Shown: positions 10,363-20,277, numbered from the stretch's first letter. The stretch: 64,000 nt of DNA from Candidatus Pacearchaeota archaeon (GCA_017609755.1 JAFCDI010000001.1:4400-68399); one strand, 5' to 3'. The notes: generated from the letters alone by a model not told the origin. Numbers and translations: made by a program.

Positions 10363-12738
10363 TTAATTGAATTCTACTTTAAAATTTCCTTGTTTAATTT
10401 CAACTGCATTTGTTACATTTTTCAAATCATCTAAAACAGATTTTAATCTTGATTTGTCTTTTTCTTCTAGAGTTAGAATTATTTCTTTTTTCATTGAAAG
10501 ATTTTTATCTGATTTAAATTTTCTAACTCTAAATAAAATACTTTCAAATAATTCTCCAGTTTTTTCAATTTTTTTATTAAATTTGAGATTTATTTCTGGC
10601 CATTTAGAAATATGAATACTCTTTTCTTTTTCATATTTTTTATAATATTTTTGATAAATTTCTTCTGTAATAAAGGGAGTTATAGGAGCAATCATTTTTA
10701 AAATAGCTAAAAGAGATTCATATAAAACATATTGAGCTGACAATTTTTTGTCTCCTTCTTCATTATAAATTCTTCTCTTAATTATTTCTAAATAATTGTC
10801 ACAAAAAACTTTCCAAAAAAATTCTTCTACTTCTCTTTTAGCACTAGCAATATTATAATTCATATAATTTTTTTTGACTTTCTCAATAACTTTAGAAAGT
10901 CTTTGTAACATATCTATGTCAATTTCCTCTAGTTTCTTAGGTTTTTTTCTGGAATAATTATTTAGATTAATAAAAACAAAATTAGAAGCATTCTCTAATT
11001 TAGTTAAAAATCTTTTCCCAGAAACCAAATCTTTTTCTTTAAATGAAATATCTGCTCCAAGACTTGCTGTTCCAACCCAATATCTCAAGGCATCTACTCC
11101 ATATTTTTCAATTAATTCATCTGCCCAAACAACATTTCCTTTACTTTTAGACATTCCTTTTCCTCTTTCATCTAAAACATAAGTTCCAATCATTACTCTT
11201 TCCCAGGGTTTTCTATTAAACAATAAATGACTTTTTAAAATAGTATAAAATGCCCAAGTTCTAATTATATCATGAGATTGAGACCTTAAAGACATTGGAG
11301 TTATTTTTTTATAGTTCTTTGAATCTTCCAACCATTTACAAGCAATTTCAGGAGTATTTGAAGATATCATCCAAGTATCAAAAACATCAGAATCAGGAAC
11401 TGCTAATTTTCCACATTTAGGACAAGTTTTTTTATGTTCTAAAGGGTCTAAAGGCAATTCTTCTTTCTTAGGTAAAATAATTTCATTGCAAGTTTCACAA
11501 TACCAAACAGGAATAGGAACACCATAATATCTCTGTCTTGAAATAATCCAATCCCATTTTAAATTTTCAGTCCAATTTTCAAATCTTAATCTCATAAATT
11601 CAGGCATCCACTTAATCTCTCTAGCTCTTTTAATTAATTCTTTTTTATATTTTAAAGTCTTAACAAACCATTGATTTGTAACTAAATACTCTACAGGAGT
11701 ATTACATCTCCAACATACTCCAACAATTTGCTCTAAATTCTCTAATTTTTTTAATCTTTCCTGTTTTCTCAAATCTTCTAAAGTTTTTTCTCTTGCTTTT
11801 TTAATATCTAATCCAGAATAATTTCCTGCTAATTCATTTAGAGTTCCATCTGAATTTAAAATTGATTTAAGTTCTAATCTATACTTCTTCCACCATTCAA
11901 TATCTGTGGAATCTCCAAAAGTACAAATCATTACAACTCCTGTTCCAAAATTCTTATCAACCTTTTCATCAGCTCTAATTTCAACTTTTTGATTAAAAAG
12001 AGGAACAATTAATTTTTTTCCAATTAATTTTTTATATCTCTTATCATCTGGATGAACAAAAATTCCTACACAAGCCGCTAAAAATTCAGGACGAGTTGTT
12101 GCAATTGTTATTTTTTTGTTTTCTTCAGAAACATCAAAATCAATATAATGTAATAGAGTTTTTCTAGTTAAATCCTCGACTTCTGCTTGAGCTAGAGCAG
12201 TTTCATGATAAGGACACCAAATAACTGGCTCTTCTTTTCTATAACAATCTTCTTTTTTTATTAATTCTAAAAAAGCTGTTTGAGCTACTTTTTGAGATTC
12301 AGGAGAAATTGTTTTGTAAATTAAATTCCAATCATAACTATGCCCTAATTTTTTAAACACTCTATTTACATAATCTTGTTCAACTCTCTGACTCTCTTTT
12401 AAACAGAGTTTTCTAAATTCTGCTCTGTTTGTTTTAGATTTATTAATTCCTAATTTTTCTTCAACATATTTTTCAGTAGGAAGTCCATTATCATCAAAAC
12501 CAAGAGAAAAATAAACCTCATAACCCATTTGTCTTCTAAATCTGGCAATTATTTCAAATTGAGTATAATGCAGAGCATGTCCTACATGAAGATGTCCTGA
12601 TGAAGCATATGGAGGAGGAGTATCAATAGAATAAATTTTCTTTTTAGAGTTAGGATTAAATTTATAAATTTCTTGTTTTTCCCAATAATTTCTCCATTTT
12701 TCTTCTATTTCTTTTAAATTCAAATTATCTTTTGACAT
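10363..12738 (-). CDS. valS: valyl-tRNA synthetase (class I)
   Basis: PPPYASSGHLHVGHA (HIGH region, PPP as in ValRS), KMSKSKGN, zinc-knuckle CPKCGK and DVFDTWMISS. Confidence 0.7.
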   Translation of the reverse strand: MSKDNLNLKEIEEKWRNYWEKQEIYKFNPNSKKKIYSIDTPPPYASSGHLHVGHALHYTQFEIIARFRRQMGYEVYFSLGFDDNGLPTEKYVEEKLGINKSKTNRAEFRKLCLKESQRVEQDYVNRVFKKLGHSYDWNLIYKTISPESQKVAQTAFLELIKKEDCYRKEEPVIWCPYHETALAQAEVEDLTRKTLLHYIDFDVSEENKKITIATTRPEFLAACVGIFVHPDDKRYKKLIGKKLIVPLFNQKVEIRADEKVDKNFGTGVVMICTFGDSTDIEWWKKYRLELKSILNSDGTLNELAGNYSGLDIKKAREKTLEDLRKQERLKKLENLEQIVGVCWRCNTPVEYLVTNQWFVKTLKYKKELIKRAREIKWMPEFMRLRFENWTENLKWDWIISRQRYYGVPIPVWYCETCNEIILPKKEELPLDPLEHKKTCPKCGKLAVPDSDVFDTWMISSNTPEIACKWLEDSKNYKKITPMSLRSQSHDIIRTWAFYTILKSHLLFNRKPWERVMIGTYVLDERGKGMSKSKGNVVWADELIEKYGVDALRYWVGTASLGADISFKEKDLVSGKRFLTKLENASNFVFINLNNYSRKKPKKLEEIDIDMLQRLSKVIEKVKKNYMNYNIASAKREVEEFFWKVFCDNYLEIIKRRIYNEEGDKKLSAQYVLYESLLAILKMIAPITPFITEEIYQKYYKKYEKEKSIHISKWPEINLKFNKKIEKTGELFESILFRVRKFKSDKNLSMKKEIILTLEEKDKSRLKSVLDDLKNVTNAVEIKQGNFKVEFN

Positions 12739-12852
12739 AAATAATTAAGAAAATTCCAGTTAATAAAAGTTGGGGTAATAAAAATTAAAACTTATAAAAA
12801 ACCTTAAATAGTCACTAAAACTCTCTAAATTATGGTAAATAATAAAATAAAC

Positions 12853-12987
12853 ATGCCTGCTGGATTTGGCGGGTTAATGAGATATTCAGAAGAGTATGAA
12901 AGTAAATTTAATCTAAAACCAACTCATGTAGTTGCGTTTATAATTCTAATAATTGTTATGAGAATTGTTTTACCTTTAATATTTTGA
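12853..12987 (+). CDS. preprotein translocase Sec61-beta subunit. 44 aa, below the ORF-track size cut-off.
   Basis: MPAGFGGLMRYSEEYESKFNLKPTHVVAFIILIIVMRIVLPLIF: GLMRY-EE motif plus a single C-terminal TM. Ends 3 nt before the NAC ATG. Confidence 0.55.
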   Translation: MPAGFGGLMRYSEEYESKFNLKPTHVVAFIILIIVMRIVLPLIF

Positions 12988-12989
12988 AA

Positions 12990-13319
12990 ATGTTTCCTGG
13001 ACTAAATCCTAAAAAAATGCAAGCAATGATGAAGCAAATGGGAATTGCTCAAGAAGATATTCCCTCTTCAAGAGTTATTATTGAAAAAATAGATAATTCT
13101 AGAATAATTATTGAAAATCCTTCTGTAACAAAAGTAAAAATGCAAGGACAAGAAACATTTCAAATTGCAGGAAATATTTCTGAGGAAAATGAAGAAATAG
13201 GAATTTCAGAAGAAGATATTAAAACAATTGTAGAAAAAACAGGAGTTTCAGAAGAAAAAGCAAAAGAAAGTTTAGAAAAAACAGGTGATCTCGCTGAAGC
13301 TATTTTAGAGCTAAGCTAG
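12990..13319 (+). CDS. nac: nascent polypeptide-associated complex protein (NAC alpha, with a C-terminal UBA domain)
   Basis: MFPGLNPKKMQAMMKQMGI...VIIEKID....IENPSV NAC domain. C-terminal EDIKTIVEKTGVSEEKAKESLEKTGDLAEAI UBA-like. Confidence 0.8.
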   Translation: MFPGLNPKKMQAMMKQMGIAQEDIPSSRVIIEKIDNSRIIIENPSVTKVKMQGQETFQIAGNISEENEEIGISEEDIKTIVEKTGVSEEKAKESLEKTGDLAEAILELS

Positions 13320-13369
13320 TAATTTTAAATCACCAAAATCCATATTAATTTCAAATACTTCTAAAAAAC

Positions 13370-13834
13370 ATGGAAAAAATCTTTGAAAATCTAGAAAAAT
13401 CAGAAAAAAGCTTTCAAACTGCAAGCCATCTTTTGTATGTAACTTATTCTCTTGTAAGAGATAAAAATCTTTTATTAAAAATTTTAACAGAAATAAAAAT
13501 AGGAATTGCAAGCTGCATTAATGCAATACTTCAATATGAATATCTCTATGCAAGAATTAGACTTTCTAGTAATTCTCAAATAAATTTTAAAACATTTATA
13601 GAAAAGTGCTATTCTAGATATAATCTCTCAGAAACGGATATAAAAAGAATTAAAAAAATATTTGATTTAGTTGAAAAACATAAAAAAAGTCCTTTTGAAT
13701 TTTCAAAACAAGAAAAAATAGTTATTTTATCAGAGAATATGAATTCTGAAATAATAACTCTAGAAATAATAAAAGGATTTCTAGAAACATTTAAAAAAAT
13801 TTTAGAAAACGCAAAAACCACAATTTTAAGATAA
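13370..13834 (+). CDS. hypothetical helical protein, tandem paralog A
   Basis: 154 aa. Shares A-x-HLLYV-(T/S) and I-x-x-IN-x-IL blocks with the next gene. Confidence 0.4.
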   Translation: MEKIFENLEKSEKSFQTASHLLYVTYSLVRDKNLLLKILTEIKIGIASCINAILQYEYLYARIRLSSNSQINFKTFIEKCYSRYNLSETDIKRIKKIFDLVEKHKKSPFEFSKQEKIVILSENMNSEIITLEIIKGFLETFKKILENAKTTILR

Positions 13835-13882
13835 ATATAAAAACCCTCTAATCTTAGTTAGATTTACTTCTAAAATAAAAAG

Positions 13883-14323
13883 ATGGAAGACATTATACAA
13901 GAAAAAATTAGTGCAGATCATTTACTTTATGTTAGTCTGAAGTATACTAAAACTTGTGATGTAATTTTAAATTTGCTTCTTAGATGGAGAAAAATGATTG
14001 AAACAAGCATTAATGAAATATTAAAACATGCAAAAAAGAAAAAAAGAATTTCTTCTATTTCTTCAAATGTTGTTGGAAAAATAGAACAAATAAAAAAACT
14101 CTTCAAAAAAAATAAAGAATTTCTAGAAGTCATTGAATTATATGAAATGTTAAGAAAAATTGAAGATCTTAGAAAAGAAAGAATAGGAGAATTCAGAAAA
14201 AATGTTACATTAAAAATTATGTATAAAGGAAAGGAAATTCCTATTAATTTGGAACAACTAAAAATTTATGCTGATTTATTAGAGAAATTTATAAATACCA
14301 CAAAAAACTTTTTGAATTCTTAG
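13883..14323 (+). CDS. hypothetical helical protein, tandem paralog B
   Basis: 146 aa. ADHLLYVSLKY...SINEILK aligns with paralog A. C-terminal halves are also similar. Confidence 0.4.
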   Translation: MEDIIQEKISADHLLYVSLKYTKTCDVILNLLLRWRKMIETSINEILKHAKKKKRISSISSNVVGKIEQIKKLFKKNKEFLEVIELYEMLRKIEDLRKERIGEFRKNVTLKIMYKGKEIPINLEQLKIYADLLEKFINTTKNFLNS

Positions 14324-14407
14324 AATACCAAAAAGCTTTAAATATATGTAAATTTAAAAAATATAAAGAAAAGTTTTATATTTTAAAATAAAAGTTTCTT
14401 ACAACAA

Positions 14408-15181
14408 ATGCAAAAAATAGTAGTTATAACATCAGGAAAAGGAGGTGTTGGAAAAACAACAACAGCAATAAATCTAGGAGCAGCTATGAATTATTTTGGA
14501 AAAGATGTTTTAGTTATTGATGCGAATTTATCAACGCCAAATGTAGGAATACATTTAAATTCTCCTGAAGTTCCAGTAAATCTTAATCATATTTTATCAG
14601 AAAAAGCAGATGTTTCTGAAGCTGTATATGAGCACGAATCTGGATTAAAAATTTTACCCTCTTCTCTTTCTATAAAAGAATTAAAAAGATTAAAACCAGA
14701 AAAATTAAAAAATTTTAAAAAAGATTTTGAAAAACTTGCAGATTATATTATAATAGATAGTGCTGCAGGATTAGGTCATGAAGCTCAAGCAGTAATTGAA
14801 ATGGCAGATGAATTAATTATTGTCACAAATCCTGAAATGCCTGCAATTGTAGATGCATTAAAAGCAATTAAATTAGCAGAGCAAAATAAAAAACCTATTC
14901 TAGGAGTTATTGTTACTCGTGTTAAAAAAAATGATATTGAAATGCAAGCAGAAACAGTAAAAGAAATGTTAGAAATTCCTGTTTTAGGAATGATTCCAGA
15001 AGATTTGATTATGCAAAAAGCTCTAAAAGAAAAAGATGCTGTAGTTCATGTTTATCCAAAAAGTAGGCCATCAAAAGCCTATAAAGAAATTGCTGCAAGA
15101 CTTATTGATGAGATTTATGATTCTGACAAAGATAAAGAAAAATTTTTAGAAAGATTGTTTAAAAAATTAAGATTCAAATAA
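14408..15181 (+). CDS. minD: MinD/ParA-family P-loop ATPase (archaeal MinD-like)
   Basis: Deviant Walker A KGGVGKTT, Walker B IIIDSAAGL, 257 aa. Confidence 0.8.
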   Translation: MQKIVVITSGKGGVGKTTTAINLGAAMNYFGKDVLVIDANLSTPNVGIHLNSPEVPVNLNHILSEKADVSEAVYEHESGLKILPSSLSIKELKRLKPEKLKNFKKDFEKLADYIIIDSAAGLGHEAQAVIEMADELIIVTNPEMPAIVDALKAIKLAEQNKKPILGVIVTRVKKNDIEMQAETVKEMLEIPVLGMIPEDLIMQKALKEKDAVVHVYPKSRPSKAYKEIAARLIDEIYDSDKDKEKFLERLFKKLRFK

Positions 15182-15182
15182 A

Positions 15183-15530
15183 ATGGAAGAAAATATTGGT
15201 TTTAGTGAATGGCAAAAATTAGATTTAAGAGTTGGAGAAATTATAGAAATAAAAGAAATTGAAAATGCAGATAAATTATATGAGCTAATTATAAATCTTG
15301 GAAAAGAAAAAAGAACTCTAGTAGCAGGATTAAAAGAATTCTATTCAAGAGAACAACTAAAAAATAAAAAAGTTATAGTATTTACTAATCTTGAGCCTAA
15401 AAAATTAAGAGGAATTGAAAGTCAGGGAATGCTTTTAGCTGCTGTCTCATACGATGAACATAACAATGAGAAAAGTGTTAGACTTCTTCAACCAGATGGA
15501 GAAATAGAGGTCGGAAGCAGAATTAGTTAA
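15183..15530 (+). CDS. stand-alone tRNA-binding domain protein (Trbp111/EMAP-II/MetRS-C-terminal-domain-like OB fold)
   Basis: LDLRVGEIIEIKEIENADKLYELIINLGKEKRTLVAGLKEFY...VIVFTNLEPKKLRGIESQGMLLA is the Myf/Trbp111 tRNA-binding motif. Convergent with metG, overlapping it by 4 nt. Confidence 0.7.
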   Translation: MEENIGFSEWQKLDLRVGEIIEIKEIENADKLYELIINLGKEKRTLVAGLKEFYSREQLKNKKVIVFTNLEPKKLRGIESQGMLLAAVSYDEHNNEKSVRLLQPDGEIEVGSRIS

Positions 15531-16921
15531 ATCTTTCTAAACAAAATATCTTCTTTCTCAATCTTCTTTGCACTAAATTGTTTAGAAATTTTTTCAGCAG
15601 AACTAGGAATAAAAGGTAAAAGTAACTCAGAAATTTTTAAAATACTTTCTTTTAATTCATAAAGTGATTTTTTATCTTTTGTTTCCCAAATTTTCTTAGA
15701 CTGAACATATTCATTGCAAATATCAATAAATGCAAATATTTCATTCAAAGCTTTATCAAATTTAAAATCTTCAATTAATCTGTCTATTTTCTTAGCATCT
15801 AATTTTTTAATTAATTTATTTTCACATTTTGTAGTTCCATTTTTTTCAATTAATCCAGCAACTCGACTAACTAAATTTCCTAATTTATTTGCAAGTTCAT
15901 TGTTATGTCTTGCAATTAAAGCCTTTTCAGAAAAATCTCCATCTTCTCCAAAAGGAAAATGTCTTAAGCAAAAATATCTTACACTATCTGCTCCATATTT
16001 TTCTACTAAAATTTTCGGAGAAATTGCATTTCCTAATGATTTTGAGATTTTCTGTCCATTAAAAGTTAAAAAACCATGATTAAAAGTAGTTAAAGGTAAT
16101 TTAATTTCTGCTGATTTCAACATAGCAGGCCAATAAACACAATGAAACCAAGTATTATCTTTTCCAAGTAAATGAAGGTTGGCAGGCCAAAATCTCTCTT
16201 TTCCTTTTTTTCTAGTAGCACTATAATAATTGACTAATGCATCAAACCAAACATAAACTACATGGCTTTTATCTAATGGAAATTCAATTCCCCAATCAAA
16301 ATTTGTTCTTGATATACTTAAATCCTGTAAGCCCTCTTTAACTCTACTAATTATCTCATTTCTTTTTGCTCTAGGCAAAATAAATTCTGGAGATTTTTTA
16401 TATAAATCTAAAAGAAATTTAGAATATTTTGAAAGTCTAAAAAAATAACTTGCTTCTCTTAATTTTTCTAGTTTTTTGTTATGAATTGGGCAAATAAAAT
16501 TTGGAGCTTCTCTTTCTGTATAATAAGCCTCACAATCAGTGCAATAATATCCTTCGTATTCTCCTAAATAAATATCTCCTGCCTTATTACATTTTTCTAT
16601 AAATTTTTTAACAATTTGTTCATGGTCTAAATCAGTTGTTCTAATAAATCTATCTGGAATTATGTTCAAACTTTTCCAAGCTTCTTTAAATTTCTCTGAA
16701 ATCTCATCTACAAATTTCTTAACTGGTGTTCCTGCTTTGTCAGCTGCTCTTTGAACTTTTTTTCCATGCTCGTCTGTTCCAGTTACAAAAAAAACTTCTT
16801 CTCCTTTTAATCTATGCCATCTTGCAAGGACATCAGCTACAATTTTCTGATATGCATGTCCTATATGAGGTTCTGCATTCACATAATCTATTGCAGTTGT
16901 AACATAAAATTTATTTTTCAT
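15527..16921 (-). CDS. metG: methionyl-tRNA synthetase, short form lacking the C-terminal tRNA-binding domain
   Basis: HIGHAY (HIGH), KISKSLGN (KMSKS), zinc knuckle CTDCEAYY...CPIH. Confidence 0.85.
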   Translation of the reverse strand: MKNKFYVTTAIDYVNAEPHIGHAYQKIVADVLARWHRLKGEEVFFVTGTDEHGKKVQRAADKAGTPVKKFVDEISEKFKEAWKSLNIIPDRFIRTTDLDHEQIVKKFIEKCNKAGDIYLGEYEGYYCTDCEAYYTEREAPNFICPIHNKKLEKLREASYFFRLSKYSKFLLDLYKKSPEFILPRAKRNEIISRVKEGLQDLSISRTNFDWGIEFPLDKSHVVYVWFDALVNYYSATRKKGKERFWPANLHLLGKDNTWFHCVYWPAMLKSAEIKLPLTTFNHGFLTFNGQKISKSLGNAISPKILVEKYGADSVRYFCLRHFPFGEDGDFSEKALIARHNNELANKLGNLVSRVAGLIEKNGTTKCENKLIKKLDAKKIDRLIEDFKFDKALNEIFAFIDICNEYVQSKKIWETKDKKSLYELKESILKISELLLPFIPSSAEKISKQFSAKKIEKEDILFRKI

Positions 16922-16994
16922 TTTGTATTTCGCAAAGCCTATGAATAATGGCTTTTCATAGAAATAAATTAACTTTGAATATATTTAAAACTAC

Positions 16995-17381
16995 TTATTT
17001 TTCATAGAGATTTGCAACATAATCCTCAATATTTCCTCTTTTTCTCTCAATTAAATCTGTATCTTTTTTTATGTTTTTAGAAACTGATTCAAAACTAACC
17101 AAACTAGGAGAATAAACTGTATCACAACTAACAAACAAATATCTAAAATTAGTTCCAACAACTTTTCCTTCTAATCTCCTTATTTCTTCAAAAGGAAAAT
17201 TCATTATTGTTTTTGAACGAATATTCTCTTTAATTTGATCTAATTTTCCTCCTCTAAATTTGTCATCCACAACCACAAAATGATATCTTACTCTCTCTTC
17301 ATTATCTGGAGAAGTCTGCCAGTTCCATCTTACATGTCTGCTATTTTTGTAAACTTTTCCCATAAATTTTAAAACTTTCAA
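16995..17381 (-). CDS. hypothetical protein
   Basis: 128 aa. No recognisable motif. Confidence 0.3.
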   Translation of the reverse strand: MKVLKFMGKVYKNSRHVRWNWQTSPDNEERVRYHFVVVDDKFRGGKLDQIKENIRSKTIMNFPFEEIRRLEGKVVGTNFRYLFVSCDTVYSPSLVSFESVSKNIKKDTDLIERKRGNIEDYVANLYEK

Positions 17382-17397
17382 GAATTTATAAGAATTA

Positions 17398-18792
17398 TTG
17401 TGTTATAAGGAAAACTTAATAATGAAAAAAGAAAGAGGAATAAAAAAATTAAAACATCAGGCAAGAAGATATAGTATAAAAGAAGGAATATTTGCTTCTG
17501 CAAAAAGTGCGTTTGGAGATAAATTCATTCAACCTTTTGCAATAGCAATAAATACTAGTAGTCCTCTAGTTGCTTTAATAAGCTCTTTATCTGGATTTCT
17601 AGGTCCTTTAAGTCAATTATTTAGTGCTCAAAAACTAGGAAAAAAATCAAGGAAAAAAACAGTTCTTTTTTTTATTCTTTTAGAAACTTTAATGTGGATT
17701 CCCTTTATTTTAACAGCCATTCTTTTTTCAAAAGGAATTATAACAGGCATTCTTCCTCTGTTATTACTATTATCGTTTTCAGTATATATTATTATTTCAA
17801 ATGCTGTTTATCCTCACTGGTTTTCTTGGATGGGAGATTTGGTTGATGAAAAATATCGTGGAAAATGGTTTTCAAAAAGAAATTTATTAGTTGGAATAAC
17901 CTCTGTAGTTTTATCTATTATTTCTGCTTTTCTTTTAGATTATTTCAAACAATTAAATGCAGCAATGATTGGATTTGTTATTTTGTTTTCAGCTGCTCTA
18001 ATATGCAGATTTATTAGTTTTTTTATATTCAAAAAACAATATGAACCTAAATTAAAATTTAAAAAAGAAAACTATTTCTCTTTCTGGTCTTTTATAAAAA
18101 AAGCTCCAGAAAACAATTTTGGAAAATTTACGATCTTTAGGTCATTATTTGCTTTTGCAGGAGCAGTTTCTAGTGCTTTATGGTCTGTTTATCTTTTAAG
18201 ATATCTTGGATTTAGTTATGGAATCTATATGGTTATTTTAGTTTCTGAAGCAGCATTTTCATTGGTGTTAGTGGAATTGTGGGGGAAACTTGCAGATAAA
18301 TATGGAAATTATAAAATTCTAATTATAACCACTATGTTTTTGCCTCTGTCTCCTCTATTGTGGGTTTTACACTCTTCTCCAATATATCTAATATTTGTTC
18401 CTGCATTAGTAACTGGAATTTTTTGGGGAGGATTTGCTCTAGCATGTAGTAATTTCATATATGATAATGTAAGTAAGCAAAAAAGAAGCTTGGGAGTCTC
18501 TTATTATAATATGATGTGGGGAATTGGTGTTTCAGTAGGTGCAGGATTATCTGCTTTACTAATTAAATATCTGCCAATCTGGATTTTTGAACCAATAATT
18601 TCTATTTTTATAATTTCAACAATTTTAAGAATGATAGTAGTTGCATGGTGGATTCCAAAATTAAAAGAAGTTAGAGAAACAAAAAAATTAAGTACAAGAA
18701 ATCTAAGAAAAGCAATAGTAAAACAAATAAAGCCTACTCTAGTAGAAGAAGCTCACCAAATCAGTTCAATTGGAAATTATTTAAGAAAATAA
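17398..18792 (+). CDS. MFS-type transporter (about 12 TM)
   Basis: Multiple hydrophobic segments across 464 aa and a basic C-terminal tail. Start codon uncertain (17398 or 17422). Confidence 0.55.
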   Translation: MCYKENLIMKKERGIKKLKHQARRYSIKEGIFASAKSAFGDKFIQPFAIAINTSSPLVALISSLSGFLGPLSQLFSAQKLGKKSRKKTVLFFILLETLMWIPFILTAILFSKGIITGILPLLLLLSFSVYIIISNAVYPHWFSWMGDLVDEKYRGKWFSKRNLLVGITSVVLSIISAFLLDYFKQLNAAMIGFVILFSAALICRFISFFIFKKQYEPKLKFKKENYFSFWSFIKKAPENNFGKFTIFRSLFAFAGAVSSALWSVYLLRYLGFSYGIYMVILVSEAAFSLVLVELWGKLADKYGNYKILIITTMFLPLSPLLWVLHSSPIYLIFVPALVTGIFWGGFALACSNFIYDNVSKQKRSLGVSYYNMMWGIGVSVGAGLSALLIKYLPIWIFEPIISIFIISTILRMIVVAWWIPKLKEVRETKKLSTRNLRKAIVKQIKPTLVEEAHQISSIGNYLRK

Positions 18793-18826
18793 TAAAATAT
18801 ATAAACAAACCTCAATAAAGAAGCAC

Positions 18827-19465
18827 ATGAAAAATAAAAAATGTAAAAGATGCGGAAAAAAAGTAAATTCAAGAAATAAATTTTGTCCTAATTGCGGATT
18901 TCCTCTAAAAAAAGAGAATTCAAAAGATTGGGGAATGTTAGGTAGAGAAGATATTGAAGAAAGAGATTCTTATTCCAATTCTCCTTTTGAAGGCATTACA
19001 GGAAATTTATTTAACAAGATGTTAGGAGGAGCAATAAAAATGTTAGAAAAAGAAATGAAAAAAGAAATGAAAAAAGAAAGAGAATATCCAAAAACAAATG
19101 TAAGATTAATGATAAATGGAAAAGAAATTAATTTAAAAGAATTAAATAAAAAAGAAAAAGCTGAAAAAAAAGAAAAAGTTTTAGATGATTTCTCAAAAAA
19201 TGAATTAAAAAACTTCTCAAAACTTCCAAAAAAAGAACCTAAAACAAATATAAAAAGATTATCTGACACTCTTATTTATGAAATAAGTTTGCCTGGAGTA
19301 AAATCAATAAAAGAAATTTCAATAAGAAAACTCGAAAAAAGCATTGAAATTAGAGCAGTTTCAAAAGATAAAGCATATTCTAAGATAATTCCAGTAAATC
19401 TTCCTATTTTAGATTATGAATTAGAAAAAGGAAAATTAATTCTTGAATTAGAAACTAAAAATTAA
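18827..19465 (+). CDS. zinc-ribbon protein with a C-terminal Hsp20/alpha-crystallin-like domain
   Basis: CKRCGKKVNSRNKFCPNCGFPL at the N-terminus. C-terminal LIYEISLPGVKSIKEISIRKLEKSIEIRAV...LILELE is sHSP-like. Confidence 0.4.
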   Translation: MKNKKCKRCGKKVNSRNKFCPNCGFPLKKENSKDWGMLGREDIEERDSYSNSPFEGITGNLFNKMLGGAIKMLEKEMKKEMKKEREYPKTNVRLMINGKEINLKELNKKEKAEKKEKVLDDFSKNELKNFSKLPKKEPKTNIKRLSDTLIYEISLPGVKSIKEISIRKLEKSIEIRAVSKDKAYSKIIPVNLPILDYELEKGKLILELETKN

Positions 19466-19504
19466 AGAAAACCTTTAAATAATCTTTCTCAATCAAATAT
19501 TCAT

Positions 19505-19596
19505 GAGGCTGTAGCTCAGCCTGGTTAGAGCACTACTCTGATAATAAAAGAAAATCAGATAGGTAGGGGTCCACGGTTCAAATCCGTGCAGCCTCA
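19505..19596 (+). tRNA. tRNA-Ile(GAU) with a 17-nt intron at the canonical 37/38 position
   Basis: Acceptor gaggctg/cagcctc, D-stem gctc/gagc, anticodon stem ctact/ggtag, loop ctGATaa, T-arm cacgg-ttcaaat-ccgtg. The intron atcag pairs with the anticodon-loop ctgat, giving a BHB. Confidence 0.8.
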
Positions 19597-19636
19597 TACT
19601 CATTAACTTTAAATACTAAAAAAATTCACGTTTAAC

Positions 19637-20209
19637 ATGGCAAAAGGAATGTATCATAAAATAAAAGAAGCCTGGAAAAAACCAGATAAAAAAACTTTAA
19701 GAGAAAGAATGATAGAATGGAGAAAATCTGGAGTTTTTACAAAAGTAGAGAAACCACTTAGATTAGATAGAGCAAGAGCTTTAGGATACAAAGCAAAAAA
19801 AGGATTTGTAATAATAAGAATAAGAATAAAAAGAGGAGGACATAAAAGACCAAGACCAAACAAAGGAAGAAGAAGCAAAAGATTACATGCTAGAAAAAAT
19901 CTAAAAATGAATTATAAATGGATTGCAGAACAAAGAGTTGGAAACAAATACAAAAATTTAGAGATATTAAATTCATATTTAATTGGAAAAGACGGAGTAA
20001 ATTATTTCTATGAAGTAATTTGTGTAGACTCCTCTAAACCTGAAATTAAAAAAGATAATACAATAAATTGGATTACAAAAAAAGCAAATAAAAAAAGAGT
20101 AAATAGAGGATTAACTTCTGCTGCTAAAAAATCAAGAGGATTAAGAAATAAATCTCCTACTTCAAAAACTCGTCCAAGTGTAAGGGCAGGAAAAAGAAGA
20201 GGAAAATAA
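19637..20209 (+). CDS. rpl15e: 50S ribosomal protein L15e
   Basis: MAKGMYHKIKEAWKKP...GYKAKKGFVIIRIRIKRGG matches the L15e family. Confidence 0.9.
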   Translation: MAKGMYHKIKEAWKKPDKKTLRERMIEWRKSGVFTKVEKPLRLDRARALGYKAKKGFVIIRIRIKRGGHKRPRPNKGRRSKRLHARKNLKMNYKWIAEQRVGNKYKNLEILNSYLIGKDGVNYFYEVICVDSSKPEIKKDNTINWITKKANKKRVNRGLTSAAKKSRGLRNKSPTSKTRPSVRAGKRRGK

Positions 20210-20277
20210 TTCTCTAACCAACTAGTAGTTGCAAATACTTATAAATAAAATTTTCAAAGAATTATTAAATTAAAAAA

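Noticed and set aside
12984-12989. TTG start for NAC at 12984 as given in the ORF track
   Set aside because: An ATG at 12990 follows immediately (MFPGLNPKK...) and avoids overlap with the sec61-beta stop. Preferred 12990.
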